From: Candidatus Aerophobota bacterium
GTDB lineage: Bacteria; Aerophobota; Aerophobia; Aerophobales; B47-G16
Length of the DNA: 39,751 nucleotides
Reading direction: 5' to 3'
Assembly: GCA_003648815.1 (NCBI GenBank)
Contig: QMPZ01000002.1
Coordinates: forward strand, 1-39,751
The notes under the pieces were generated by a model that ran no database searches, was not told the origin of the DNA, and was given only the letters and a program-made list of their open reading frames with translations. Below, piece after piece: positions 24,973 to 34,349 of the stretch (the first letter of the stretch is position 1; each line of letters starts with the position of its first letter). The position numbers and the translations under genes are program-made.

Positions 24973-25955
24973 TAGGCCAACGGCAAGCCATAAAGATGCT
25001 TCAAGCTAATATAGCCAGCTCCTCGATTGCAAATGCTTACCTTTTTGTCGGCCCTGAGGGAGTGGGAAGAACTCTTACCGCTTTCACCTTTGCCAAAGCG
25101 CTAAACTGTGAAAGAGGAGGAAAGGATAGCTGTGACAGCTGCTCTTCCTGTCGGAAAATTGATCATTTAAATCATCCTGATGTGCGGACTATAAAACCAG
25201 AGGGAAATTCCATTAAGATTGACCAGATTAGAGACTTAAAAAGAGAGATTGGATATAAGCTTTATGAGGGGAAAAAAAGGGTTTGGATTATCCAGGAGGC
25301 AGATAAATTAACCTTAGAGGCCTCCAACTCCCTTCTTAAAATATTGGAAGAACCTCCTTCCACTGCGGTGCTCATCTTAATTGCTCAATCCTTGAGGAAC
25401 CTGCCTCCCACTATTTCCTCTCGCTGCCAGCTCATCCGTTTTCTTCCGCTTTCCTCCAGGCAGATAGAAAAGATCTTAAATGAAAGATTGGGCGGAGAGC
25501 CCCAAAAGATACGTCTCATTGGAAGATTATCTAAGGGGAGGGTCTCAGAGGCGATGAAGTTGATGAAAGAGGAGACTTTTCTAAGGGAGAGGGAAGATCT
25601 CTTAAACAGGATATGTGGTGAGCTCAAGATTGAGGATGTATTTAGTCTGGCTGATCGGTGGAAAAGTTATGACAGGGAGAAAATTGAGGATTTTCTGGAT
25701 GTGCTGCTTTTTTGGTTTCGCGACCTTTTAGTTCTGAATCAAAAGGGAGATCAGAACCTGATAGTTAACTTAGACAGGACAGATCAGCTGAAAAGATATG
25801 CTAAGATGTATTCCTCCTGGGCGATAAAGCAAGCCATCCTGACAATAGAGAGAACCAAAGATTATCTTCGAGATAACGTCACCCCAAAGTTCGCCTTAGA
25901 AGTTATGGGGCTGAAATTAATGAGGATACTTGAGGGGGTCATTCCGGAAGAATGA
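24954..25955 (+). CDS. holB: DNA polymerase III subunit delta'
   Basis: MSFQDIIGQ, YLFVGPEGVGRT, zinc module CDSCSSC, ILEEPP, SRCQ. Overlaps tmk by 19 nt. Confidence 0.9.
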   Translation: MSFQDIIGQRQAIKMLQANIASSSIANAYLFVGPEGVGRTLTAFTFAKALNCERGGKDSCDSCSSCRKIDHLNHPDVRTIKPEGNSIKIDQIRDLKREIGYKLYEGKKRVWIIQEADKLTLEASNSLLKILEEPPSTAVLILIAQSLRNLPPTISSRCQLIRFLPLSSRQIEKILNERLGGEPQKIRLIGRLSKGRVSEAMKLMKEETFLREREDLLNRICGELKIEDVFSLADRWKSYDREKIEDFLDVLLFWFRDLLVLNQKGDQNLIVNLDRTDQLKRYAKMYSSWAIKQAILTIERTKDYLRDNVTPKFALEVMGLKLMRILEGVIPEE

Positions 25956-25980
25956 ATGGAAGCCCATCTTCCCCCCTCAA
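25930..25980 (+). repeat. inverted repeat TTGAGGGGG / CCCCCTCAA (copy 1) straddling the holB stop codon
   Basis: Arms at 25930-25938 and 25972-25980. The same arms recur at 35173/35197 and 35399/35415. The 17-mer TTCCCCCCTCAACGCTT (25969-25985) equals the reverse complement of 35394-35410. Confidence 0.8.
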
Positions 25981-25981
25981 C

Positions 25982-26015
25982 GCTTTTGCTTCAAAGAGAA
26001 AAGCTTTTAATTTTT
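25982..26015 (+). terminator. weak AT-rich hairpin plus T-tract after holB (possible intrinsic terminator)
   Basis: GCTTTT (25982-25987) pairs with AAAAGC (25999-26004), followed by TTTTAATTTTT. Confidence 0.4.
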
Positions 26016-26092
26016 GTCTTCCTACCCGGCATTTGCGGTAGCTAAGATGTCTTCGCCCACCTTCATCACCCTTAACTTTAATATCGCCTTTG

Positions 26093-26120
26093 TTGACAAG
26101 GTAGAATAGCTCTATATAAT
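26093..26120 (+). promoter_or_regulatory. near-consensus sigma70 promoter of the shikimate operon (TTGACA-16-TATAAT)
   Basis: TTGACA 26093-26098 and TATAAT 26115-26120. Only 9 nt separate the -10 box from the aroE ATG. Confidence 0.65.
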
Positions 26121-26129
26121 AAAAAAGCC

Positions 26130-26996
26130 ATGAAGATTACCGGCAGGACAAAGGTAGTAGGAGTAATTGGTCATCCTATCTCTCATTCTCTTTCGCCTAT
26201 CTTCCATAATGCTGCGTTTGAGTACTTAGGGCTCGACTTCGTCTACGTACCATTTTCAGTAAGGCCAGAGGAACTAAAGACAGCCCTCAGGGCAGTGAGG
26301 GCTTTAAATATAGTCGGAATTAACGTCACCGTACCCTTCAAGGAGAAGGTTATATCTTATCTTGATGAGCTTTCTCCAGAGGCAAGCTCGATCGGAGCAG
26401 TGAATACCATCTCGAATGAAGATGGCAAATTAGTTGGCTATAACACAGATGAAGAAGGGTTCATAAGGTCACTGACCCGAGAGGGAAAATTCGACCCTGA
26501 GGGAAAGAGCGTTCTTCTCTTAGGAGCAGGAGGCGCCGCTTATGCGATTTCTTTCGCCCTGATCAAGGCGGGGATAAAAAAGCTTGTGCTCACCAATCGA
26601 ACCGAGGAGAAGGCAAGGAGATTGTTATCTCATCTACGGAAATTTTTTAAGGATAAATGCGAGCTTTGCTTTCTCGAGTTTTCCCGGAGAAACTCCCCTG
26701 AGGTCATGCGCAAGGTGGATTTGTTCGTCAATGCTACCTCGGTGGGTATGCGTCCGGATGACCCGGTGCTGATTAAACCGCATCTTTTTCCCCAAAACAC
26801 CTTTGTCTATGATATCGTCTATAATCGAGAGACGGAGATACTTCGAGCGGCCAAAAAAAGGGGGCTTTCGTGTATGGGTGGGCTTGATATGCTTATTTAT
26901 CAGGGAGCTCTTTCCTTCGAGATCTGGACCCATCAAAGGGCACCTGTAGAGATAATGAGAAAAGCACTGAAGGAGAAAGGATGCTGCGTTATCTGA
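26130..26996 (+). CDS. aroE: shikimate dehydrogenase
   Basis: VVGVIGHPISHSLSP, NVTVPFK, GAVNT, LLGAGGAA. Confidence 0.93.
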   Translation: MKITGRTKVVGVIGHPISHSLSPIFHNAAFEYLGLDFVYVPFSVRPEELKTALRAVRALNIVGINVTVPFKEKVISYLDELSPEASSIGAVNTISNEDGKLVGYNTDEEGFIRSLTREGKFDPEGKSVLLLGAGGAAYAISFALIKAGIKKLVLTNRTEEKARRLLSHLRKFFKDKCELCFLEFSRRNSPEVMRKVDLFVNATSVGMRPDDPVLIKPHLFPQNTFVYDIVYNRETEILRAAKKRGLSCMGGLDMLIYQGALSFEIWTHQRAPVEIMRKALKEKGCCVI

Positions 26997-28150
26997 CCGC
27001 CGGAGAGTCTCACGGTAGGGCTTTAATTGCCATCTTAGAGGGGATACCCGCAGGCTTAAAACTTACCGCGGAGGACATCGATAAGGATCTGGCCCGTCGC
27101 AAGGTGGGTTATGGTCGTGGGGATAGAATGAAAATTGAGAAGGACAAAGTTAAAATTCTTTCCGGGGTTCGTCATGGCAGGACCCTTGGCAGTCCCATCG
27201 CTTTGATGATTGAAAATCTTGACTGGCAAAACTGGCATAAGATAATGAAGGTGGAAGAAGATGAGGTTTCCTTAAGAGAAACTACTCCGGTGACGAATCC
27301 CCGACCAGGCCATGCGGACCTGACAGGGGCAATTAAGCGTAACCTGAAGGACGTAAGAGACGTGCTGGAGCGGGCCAGCGCCCGGGAGACAGCTGTCCGT
27401 GTGGCAGTGGGGGCAATCTGCAAGAAGTTCCTTCGACAGTTCAACATTTCCTTTTACAGCCGGGTGCTCCAAATCGGGTCGGTAAGGGATAGGAGTGACT
27501 GGCACCTTGCAGTCGAGAACTATCAGTTGGTTGAAAGCTCCCCTTTGCGTTGTCTGGATAAAGAAGCTGAGAAAAAGATGATTTCCTTGATCGACAGGAC
27601 AAGGGAAAAAGGCGATAGTCTTGGCGGGATATTTGAGGTCATCGCCACTGGTCTTCCCCCTGGTCTGGGAGATTACGTTCAATGGGACCTTAAACTGGAT
27701 GCTCAATTGGCCAGGGCGATGATGAGCATCCAGGCCATTGTGGGAGTGGAGATTGGACTGGGATTTGCCGCTGCGGAAAGACTTGGCTCTGAGGTGCAGG
27801 ATGAGATATTCTACGATCACGAGGAAGGAAAGTTTTATCGAGGAACGAATAACCTCGGTGGCATAGAAGGGGGTATGAGCAATGGAGAGCCGATAATCCT
27901 GCGAGCAGCTATGAAGCCGATATCTACCCTCAGAAGGCCTCTTCGCTCGGTGAACCTCCTCACCAAGGAAAAGGTGAGAGCAACTAAGGAAAGATCTGAT
28001 ATCTGTGCTGTTCCAGCAGCCTCGGTGATCGCAGAAGCAGTGGTTGCTTTTGAGATTGCTAAAGCTGTGCGGGAAAAGTTCGGAGGGGACAGCGTGGAGG
28101 AGGCAAGAAGAAACTACATAAGTTATATGGATTATGTCAAGAGGTTTTAG
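26981..28150 (+). CDS. aroC: chorismate synthase
   Basis: LTAGESHG, RPGHAD, GGxSNGEPI and RSDxCAVPAA motifs. Overlaps aroE by 16 nt. Confidence 0.95.
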   Translation: MLRYLTAGESHGRALIAILEGIPAGLKLTAEDIDKDLARRKVGYGRGDRMKIEKDKVKILSGVRHGRTLGSPIALMIENLDWQNWHKIMKVEEDEVSLRETTPVTNPRPGHADLTGAIKRNLKDVRDVLERASARETAVRVAVGAICKKFLRQFNISFYSRVLQIGSVRDRSDWHLAVENYQLVESSPLRCLDKEAEKKMISLIDRTREKGDSLGGIFEVIATGLPPGLGDYVQWDLKLDAQLARAMMSIQAIVGVEIGLGFAAAERLGSEVQDEIFYDHEEGKFYRGTNNLGGIEGGMSNGEPIILRAAMKPISTLRRPLRSVNLLTKEKVRATKERSDICAVPAASVIAEAVVAFEIAKAVREKFGGDSVEEARRNYISYMDYVKRF

Positions 28151-28157
28151 AGGATAA

Positions 28158-28670
28158 ATGAACATCGTGCTGATTGGCTTTATGGGGACGGGAAAGAGTG
28201 CGGTGGGAAGAAAATTGGCAAAAAAGTTGGGAATGAGGTATCTTGACACGGATCAGATGATCGAGGAAAGGGAAAGATGCAGGATCTTTAAGATATTTCA
28301 GGAAAAGGGAGAGGAGTACTTTCGCCAGGTAGAATCCCGGCTGATCAAGGAGGTTGCCTTGCGCGATAACTGCGTAATCGCCACAGGAGGAGGGGTGGTC
28401 TTAAGAGAGGAAAATATGCTCGCCCTGAGGAAAAATGGCCTTATCATCTGCCTTTCAGCAGATCCGGAGACGATATGGAAGAGGACGGAAAACGATCAGG
28501 AGCGACCTCTTCTAAAGTGCAAAGATCCAAAGAGAAGAATTGAAAAGCTGCTTAAGATGCGCAAACCTTACTATCAGAAGGCAGATTTTACCATCGATAC
28601 CTCCAGGTTAACCGACGAGGAGGTAGCAGAGAGGATAATCGAGGTCCTCAGGAAGGAAAAATGGATATAG
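28158..28670 (+). CDS. aroK: shikimate kinase
   Basis: IVLIGFMGTGKS P-loop, DTD, ATGGG. 170 aa. Confidence 0.93.
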   Translation: MNIVLIGFMGTGKSAVGRKLAKKLGMRYLDTDQMIEERERCRIFKIFQEKGEEYFRQVESRLIKEVALRDNCVIATGGGVVLREENMLALRKNGLIICLSADPETIWKRTENDQERPLLKCKDPKRRIEKLLKMRKPYYQKADFTIDTSRLTDEEVAERIIEVLRKEKWI

Positions 28671-29749
28671 TTGAGGTTAACTTAGGCAGGCGCAGCTATC
28701 CTGTCTACATAGGGGGCAGACTTAAGGATATTGGCAAGATAGCCAGTACATTTTCTATAGGAAAGAAGGTTTTAATCATCAGTAGTGATCGCATCTTTAG
28801 CCTTTATGGAGATATGGTAAGGGATGCCCTCAGCGCCTCAGGGTTCGATGTTTATCTGGCAAGAATTCCAGAAGGGGAAAGATACAAGTCCTTAACGTGG
28901 GCCTCAAGACTGTATGCTCGGTGTCTTGAGGTGAAGCTGGATCGGTCCTCCACCATCCTTGCCCTCGGAGGAGGAGTGATAGGAGATTTAGCCGGGTTTG
29001 TTGCCTCCACTTTTCTGAGGGGAATAAACTTCGTCGTCGTTCCCACCACCTTGTTGGCCCAGGTGGATGCCAGCGTGGGAGGTAAGGTGGCGGTGAATCT
29101 TCCTCAGGGTAAGAACTTAGTTGGCTCTTTTTATCAACCGAACTTTGTCTACATTGATCTTGCGGTCCTTGCCAGCCTTCGTCCAAGGGAGATCAGGTCC
29201 GGATTAGCTGAGGTGGTAAAATATGGAATGATAGAGGATAAGGAGCTTTTTTCCTTCTTAGAGAAAAACTCGGCCAGGATAAAGAGGTTGGATGAGGAAA
29301 CCCTTCATTTCATAGTGAGCCGGTCGGTAAAGATTAAGGCCAAGGTAGTGGAGGAGGACGAGAGGGAGGAGAAGGGGAGAAGGCAAATTTTAAACTTCGG
29401 GCATACCATCGGTCATGCCATTGAGGCGACAGCTGGATACAGAAGCTACAGACATGGGGAGGCCGTGGCCATAGGGATGGTGGCGGCGGCAAGGCTTTCC
29501 CTGAGGATGAAATCTTTTCCTTTAAGTTCTTTTGTAAGGCTGAAAAGTCTTTTAGAGAGATTAAATTTACCTGTTGCACTAAGAAAAGGAATAGATACAG
29601 ATGAGCTTTATAACACCTTATACCTGGATAAAAAGGTGAGGGGTGGCAGACTTCATTTCGTCCTTCCAAAGGATATAGGTAGCGTGTTCCTCACCAAAGA
29701 TGTTCCTTCTCCCTTGATAAGGAAGGTTTTAAAGGAGCTTGCGGAATGA
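28661..29749 (+). CDS. aroB: 3-dehydroquinate synthase
   Basis: LGGGVIGDLAGFVAS, VPTTLLAQVDASVGGK, NFGHTIGHA. Confidence 0.93.
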   Translation: MDIVEVNLGRRSYPVYIGGRLKDIGKIASTFSIGKKVLIISSDRIFSLYGDMVRDALSASGFDVYLARIPEGERYKSLTWASRLYARCLEVKLDRSSTILALGGGVIGDLAGFVASTFLRGINFVVVPTTLLAQVDASVGGKVAVNLPQGKNLVGSFYQPNFVYIDLAVLASLRPREIRSGLAEVVKYGMIEDKELFSFLEKNSARIKRLDEETLHFIVSRSVKIKAKVVEEDEREEKGRRQILNFGHTIGHAIEATAGYRSYRHGEAVAIGMVAAARLSLRMKSFPLSSFVRLKSLLERLNLPVALRKGIDTDELYNTLYLDKKVRGGRLHFVLPKDIGSVFLTKDVPSPLIRKVLKELAE

Positions 29750-30195
29750 TGCATATACTGGTAATTCATGGGCCGAATCTTAATCTATTGGGCACAAGGG
29801 AAACGCATATTTACGGAAAGACTACTCTTGGGCAAATTAATCAGATGATCGAGGAAAAAGCAAAACAGCTGAGCTGCGAGGTGAGGATCCGACAATCAAA
29901 CAGTGAAGGGGAAATCGTCTCCCTTATTGGGGAGAGCAGAGGTTGGGCAGATGGAATTATAATTAACCCCGCCTCCTACACTCATACCAGCATCGCCATA
30001 AGGGATGCTATTCTGGCCGTCGACGTTCCCACTATAGAGGTTCACCTGTCAAATATCTATGAGAGGGAGCCATTTCGACAGAAATCCATGATAGCCGGAG
30101 TCTGTGTAGGGCAGATAAGTGGATTCGGTCCGAACAGTTATCTTTTGGCTCTCGAGGCGATGGTGGAGACTTTAAAGAAAGAATCTTCGAGGTAA
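29746..30195 (+). CDS. aroQ: type II 3-dehydroquinate dehydratase
   Basis: ILVIHGPNLNLLGTRETHIYG, INPASYTHTS, EVHLSNI. ATGA overlap with aroB. Confidence 0.95.
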   Translation: MMHILVIHGPNLNLLGTRETHIYGKTTLGQINQMIEEKAKQLSCEVRIRQSNSEGEIVSLIGESRGWADGIIINPASYTHTSIAIRDAILAVDVPTIEVHLSNIYEREPFRQKSMIAGVCVGQISGFGPNSYLLALEAMVETLKKESSR

Positions 30196-30199
30196 TAAA

Positions 30200-31261
30200 A
30201 TGGATCTGAAAAAACTGCGTGAGGAAATCGATGAGATTGATTCAAAGCTTCTGGAGCTTTTGAACAGGCGAGCGGAGAAGGTTCTGGAAGTTGCTCGAGC
30301 TAAGAGCAGGGCAAAGAAAAGCTATTATTCTCCGGGAAGGGAAAAGAGGATACTGATGCGCCTGATCAGGGAGAACAAGGGTCCCTTGCCTAAGGAGGCA
30401 TTGGAGGAGATCTTCCATCTTATCCTTAAGACTTCCTTGGCCTTGGAGAAGAAGCTGAGGGTTGGCTATCTGGGTCCTCCAGCGACCTTCACCCATCAGG
30501 CGGCACTCAAAGCATTTGGTAAGGGGGCAGAATTTGTCCCCATGAGGAGCATTGGCCAGATCTTCACCGAGGTGGAAAAGAATCAAGTTGATTTTGGTGT
30601 TGTGCCTGTGGAGAACTCAACCGAGGGCGTGGTCAGCCATACCCTGGATATGTTTCTGGACTCAAGTCTGAAGATCTGTTCTGAAATCATTCTGGAGATC
30701 TCTCATCATCTTTTGGGCAGGGGAGAGCTTAAGAATATAACCAAGGTTTACTCCCATTCCCAGGCCCTTGCCCAGTGTCAGAACTGGCTTGAGGAGAACC
30801 TGCCAAAGGCAAAGTTGATCGAGGTCGAAAGTACAGCAAGGGCAGCTCAAAAAGCCGTAAAGGAGGCAAATTCTGCTGCCATTGCCTCTGATGTGGCTGC
30901 TTCCCTTTATCGCCTGAGGGTGTTGGCTTCTCACATTGAGGATAGGGCGAATAACTACACCCGATTTTTTGTCATCGGTAGGAGTTACGCGGAAAGATGT
31001 GGAAATGATAAGACCTCGATTCTCTTTTCCATCAAGGACAGGGTAGGTGCACTCTATGATATGCTCTCTCCTTTTCGCAAGCAGGGGATTAACTTGACCA
31101 AGATTGAGTCCCGACCGACCAAGAAAAGGCCATGGGAGTATGTCTTCTTCGTCGATTTTATTGGTCACAAGGATGATGAGCCGGTAAAAAAGGCCTTATC
31201 TGAACTTGAGGAAAAGTGTCTGTTTTTAAGGGTTTTAGGTTCTTATCCCCGGGAGGAATAA
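30200..31261 (+). CDS. pheA: bifunctional chorismate mutase / prephenate dehydratase (with ACT domain)
   Basis: N-terminal CM helix [23 protein letters not shown] domain ([21 protein letters not shown]), ACT region with TKIESRPTK. Confidence 0.92.
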   Translation: MDLKKLREEIDEIDSKLLELLNRRAEKVLEVARAKSRAKKSYYSPGREKRILMRLIRENKGPLPKEALEEIFHLILKTSLALEKKLRVGYLGPPATFTHQAALKAFGKGAEFVPMRSIGQIFTEVEKNQVDFGVVPVENSTEGVVSHTLDMFLDSSLKICSEIILEISHHLLGRGELKNITKVYSHSQALAQCQNWLEENLPKAKLIEVESTARAAQKAVKEANSAAIASDVAASLYRLRVLASHIEDRANNYTRFFVIGRSYAERCGNDKTSILFSIKDRVGALYDMLSPFRKQGINLTKIESRPTKKRPWEYVFFVDFIGHKDDEPVKKALSELEEKCLFLRVLGSYPREE

Positions 31262-31265
31262 GACA

Positions 31266-32279
31266 ATGATAATTACCTTAAAGCCCGGAACCACGAAAAA
31301 GGGGGTGGAGCAGGTAATTCAAAAGGTCAAGGAGTTAGGTTTTACTCCCCACATCTCAAAGGGTACTGAGAGGACGATAATCGGTGTGATTGGTGAGAAT
31401 CCTATCCGCACGCGTGAGATATTCGAAGCCATGTTTATCGTGGAATCCGTCACGCCGATCTCCAAGCCCTATAAGCTGGTCAGCCGGGAGTTTAAGGGGA
31501 AGGATACGGTTGTCAAGGTAAAAGATGTTAAGATTGGAGGAAAAAAGGTTGTGATCATCGCTGGCCCCTGTTCGGTGGAGGGCAGGGAAGTTCTTGTTGA
31601 GATTGCCCAAAAGGTCAAGGAGGCGGGGGCAGGCTTGCTCCGAGGTGGGGCCTTCAAACCTCGCACCTCTCCTTACTCCTTCCAGGGCTTGGGAAAAGAG
31701 GGTCTGAAGTATTTAGCTGAGGCAAGCAAGGCCACAGGACTTCCCGTGGTGACCGAGGCGATGGATCCAAGGCAGGTGGAGCTGGTATCCCAATACGCTG
31801 ATGTTATCCAGATTGGAGCACGAAATATGCAAAACTTTGACCTCTTGAAGGAGGTAGGAAGAAGTGACAAGCCAGTTCTTCTCAAGAGAGGAATGGCCTC
31901 CACGATAAAGGAGCTTTTGATGTCAGCGGAATACATTTTGTCCCGGGGCAATGAAAACGTCATTCTTTGCGAGAGGGGGATAAGGACATTTGAGGATGCT
32001 ACTCGCTTCACCCTTGATCTTTCTGCAGTCCCCCTGATAAAGAGGTTAAGTCATCTTCCTGTCATCGTAGATCCCAGTCACGGAACAGGGAAAAGGGAGC
32101 TTATCCGCCCTATGTCCAGGGCAGCTATAGCTGCCGGAGGGGATGGTTTGATGATTGAGGTACATCCCAGGCCTGAGAAGGCACTATCGGATGGTTTTCA
32201 ATCGATAGTTCCGGATGAATTTCAGCAAGTGGTAAAGGAGGTAAGTTTGGTGGCAAAGGCGGTGGGAAGGGATGTTTAA
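31266..32279 (+). CDS. aroF: 3-deoxy-7-phosphoheptulonate (DAHP) synthase, type I-beta with N-terminal ferredoxin-like regulatory domain
   Basis: About 65-aa N-terminal extension ([26 protein letters not shown]...), then [33 protein letters not shown]. Confidence 0.9.
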   Translation: MIITLKPGTTKKGVEQVIQKVKELGFTPHISKGTERTIIGVIGENPIRTREIFEAMFIVESVTPISKPYKLVSREFKGKDTVVKVKDVKIGGKKVVIIAGPCSVEGREVLVEIAQKVKEAGAGLLRGGAFKPRTSPYSFQGLGKEGLKYLAEASKATGLPVVTEAMDPRQVELVSQYADVIQIGARNMQNFDLLKEVGRSDKPVLLKRGMASTIKELLMSAEYILSRGNENVILCERGIRTFEDATRFTLDLSAVPLIKRLSHLPVIVDPSHGTGKRELIRPMSRAAIAAGGDGLMIEVHPRPEKALSDGFQSIVPDEFQQVVKEVSLVAKAVGRDV

Positions 32280-32296
32280 ACTCACTGAATAAATAA

Positions 32297-33610
32297 ATGG
32301 TTTTGAAGATGTCAGCTAACTATATCTACGTAAATCCGGTAAAACAGCTGAGAGGAGAGATTTATCTACCCGGAGATAAATCGATTTCCCATAGGGCTCT
32401 CATCCTCACCTCCATTGCTAAAGGGAAATCCCTTATCAAGGGGATGCAAAGGGGCAGGGATTGTCTGGCTACCCTTAAGGCAATGAAAGCGATGGGGGTG
32501 GAAGTCGAGGAAAATCGGGATGGTTTGGTTGTTCACGGTCGGGGACCTGATGGACTGAAGGAGCCGGAGAACGTCCTTTATTGTGAAAATTCCGGCACGA
32601 CGATGCGCCTTCTGGCAGGGCTTCTTTCTGGACAAAGCTTTTATAGCGTTCTTTCGGGTGATGAGTATCTGACAAAAAGGCCTATGAGGAGAATAACTGA
32701 GCCCTTGAGAAGGATGGGAGCACAGGTGTTTGGAAGAAAAAACGGTCAGTTTCCCCCCTTAAGCATCTTGGGTGGAAACCTTAAGGGAATGGATTACTCT
32801 CTTCCCGTTCCTTCAGCACAGGTAAAGTCATGTTTACTTTTAGCCGGACTTTATGCCGATGGTAAGATTTGTCTGACTGAGCCTTGTAGATCCCGCGATC
32901 ATACGGAGCGTATGCTTAAGTTCTTAGGAGCCGAGATCGAGGTGAATGGCTTAAGGATTAGGCTGAAGGGAGGCAGTTTCCCCTCGGCAGGAAAAATATT
33001 TGTTCCCGGGGATATCTCATCTGCCTCCTTCTTCATCGGCGCTGCCTCACTCTTAAAAGGATCGAAGATAAAGATTTTGAACGTTGGCTTGAATCCCACG
33101 CGAAGGGGATTTGTAGAGGCTTTGCTTCGGATGGGGGCGGACATAAGAATTACCCGCATGGAGAAAAGATGTGAAGAGGAAGTAGGAGATCTGGAAATAA
33201 GAGGGAAGGATAGCTTGAAAGGAATAGTTGTAGAGGGGGAAACTATCCCCCAGCTAATCGATGAGATTCCTATATTGGCTGTGGTAGGCTGTTTTGCCGA
33301 AGGAGAGACGGTCATCAAGGACGCTCAGGAGCTAAGGGTTAAGGAGACGGATCGAATCAAGGCCACGGTTACTGAATTAAAAAAGATGGGTGCCGATATC
33401 GAGGAAAGAGATGATGGGATGATAATCAGGGGGAAAGGAAAGCTAAAAGGCGCAGAATGTAACAGCTACGGGGACCATCGAATGGCCATGGCCTTGGCCG
33501 TTGCTGGCCTGTGTGCTAAGGGAAAAACTAAGATTTTAAATCCTGAATGTGTCGCCATATCTTTTCCTGAATTCTGGGACATCCTTGGAAAACTCACAGC
33601 TGCTGGATGA
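32297..33610 (+). CDS. aroA: 3-phosphoshikimate 1-carboxyvinyltransferase (EPSP synthase)
   Basis: LPGDKSISHRALIL, NSGTTMRLL, KETDR, GDHRMAMA. The start could be ATG 32309 instead, and neither has a clear SD. Confidence 0.93.
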   Translation: MVLKMSANYIYVNPVKQLRGEIYLPGDKSISHRALILTSIAKGKSLIKGMQRGRDCLATLKAMKAMGVEVEENRDGLVVHGRGPDGLKEPENVLYCENSGTTMRLLAGLLSGQSFYSVLSGDEYLTKRPMRRITEPLRRMGAQVFGRKNGQFPPLSILGGNLKGMDYSLPVPSAQVKSCLLLAGLYADGKICLTEPCRSRDHTERMLKFLGAEIEVNGLRIRLKGGSFPSAGKIFVPGDISSASFFIGAASLLKGSKIKILNVGLNPTRRGFVEALLRMGADIRITRMEKRCEEEVGDLEIRGKDSLKGIVVEGETIPQLIDEIPILAVVGCFAEGETVIKDAQELRVKETDRIKATVTELKKMGADIEERDDGMIIRGKGKLKGAECNSYGDHRMAMALAVAGLCAKGKTKILNPECVAISFPEFWDILGKLTAAG

Positions 33611-33614
33611 GAAA

Positions 33615-34349
33615 ATGCTGATCAGTATTGAACGAAGAAAGAAGCTAACAGGAGTAATTCTTTTCTGCATCATAGTTTTTCTCTTCTTGATCAAAATAAA
33701 TATGGACTCTGAAGTGGCGAGCTCGCACGATTTTCTTTTGGGAGAGGTTATCTATCAGCTGGCTGATACCCACCCCAAGGAGGCACTCTTAGGAGGAGTG
33801 ATGGCTGGTTTGGGGTTCAAGGAAATTGTCTCTGATCTTTTCTTCCTTCAATCCATTCAATACTTCGGCAGCTGGACGGAGAGCAGGGAAAAAAGATATA
33901 AGATGGCCTGTCCCCTGCTTAAGGCTATGGGAAAGCTCAGCCCACATTTTGTACCGGGATATTCCTTCGGTGCTTTGATTATGGAGGAGACAGGTCATGT
34001 AGATGAGGCAATTGCCTTTCTCGATGAGGGAATAGAGAACAACCCTTACGCTTTTGAGCTATGGATTTACAGAGATTTCATGATAAGGCTTTTTAAGACC
34101 TGTGAGTATTCGAAAGCCATCCAGGGTCTTAAAAAAGCCATTCAGCTTGAGGGGCATCCACCCATCCTGGAAAGGATTTTAGCCTATGCTTACGAGAAAA
34201 ACGGACAGATAAAAGAGGCAATTCTTCAGTGGAGGAAGGTATATCTTGAAGGGGAAAATTCTCGCGTGAGGAAGATTGCTCGTCGAAATATAGAAAGGCT
34301 TTTAAAACTCTTAAGGGAAAAACACGATGAGACTGATAAGGAAAATTGA
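33615..34349 (+). CDS. hypothetical membrane-anchored TPR-like repeat protein
   Basis: TM helix LTGVILFCIIVFLFLI followed by helical-repeat sequence (EAIAFLDEGIENNPYAFELW..., KAIQGLKKAIQLEG..., EAILQWRKVY). ATG 33615 avoids a 62-nt overlap with aroA. Confidence 0.6.
   Translation: MLISIERRKKLTGVILFCIIVFLFLIKINMDSEVASSHDFLLGEVIYQLADTHPKEALLGGVMAGLGFKEIVSDLFFLQSIQYFGSWTESREKRYKMACPLLKAMGKLSPHFVPGYSFGALIMEETGHVDEAIAFLDEGIENNPYAFELWIYRDFMIRLFKTCEYSKAIQGLKKAIQLEGHPPILERILAYAYEKNGQIKEAILQWRKVYLEGENSRVRKIARRNIERLLKLLREKHDETDKEN

Noticed and set aside
27272-28249. A 325-aa ORF antisense to almost the whole of aroC
   Set aside because: The sense strand encodes an unmistakable chorismate synthase. 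The antisense product is rich in S/H/C/L, has no motifs and has no RBS. It is most likely a shadow ORF, although its length is statistically unusual.
34146-34155. An extra partial copy of the repeat arm (CTTGAGGGGC) inside the TPR-like gene
   Set aside because: It has a single arm with a mismatch and no partner arm nearby, so it is probably a chance match.
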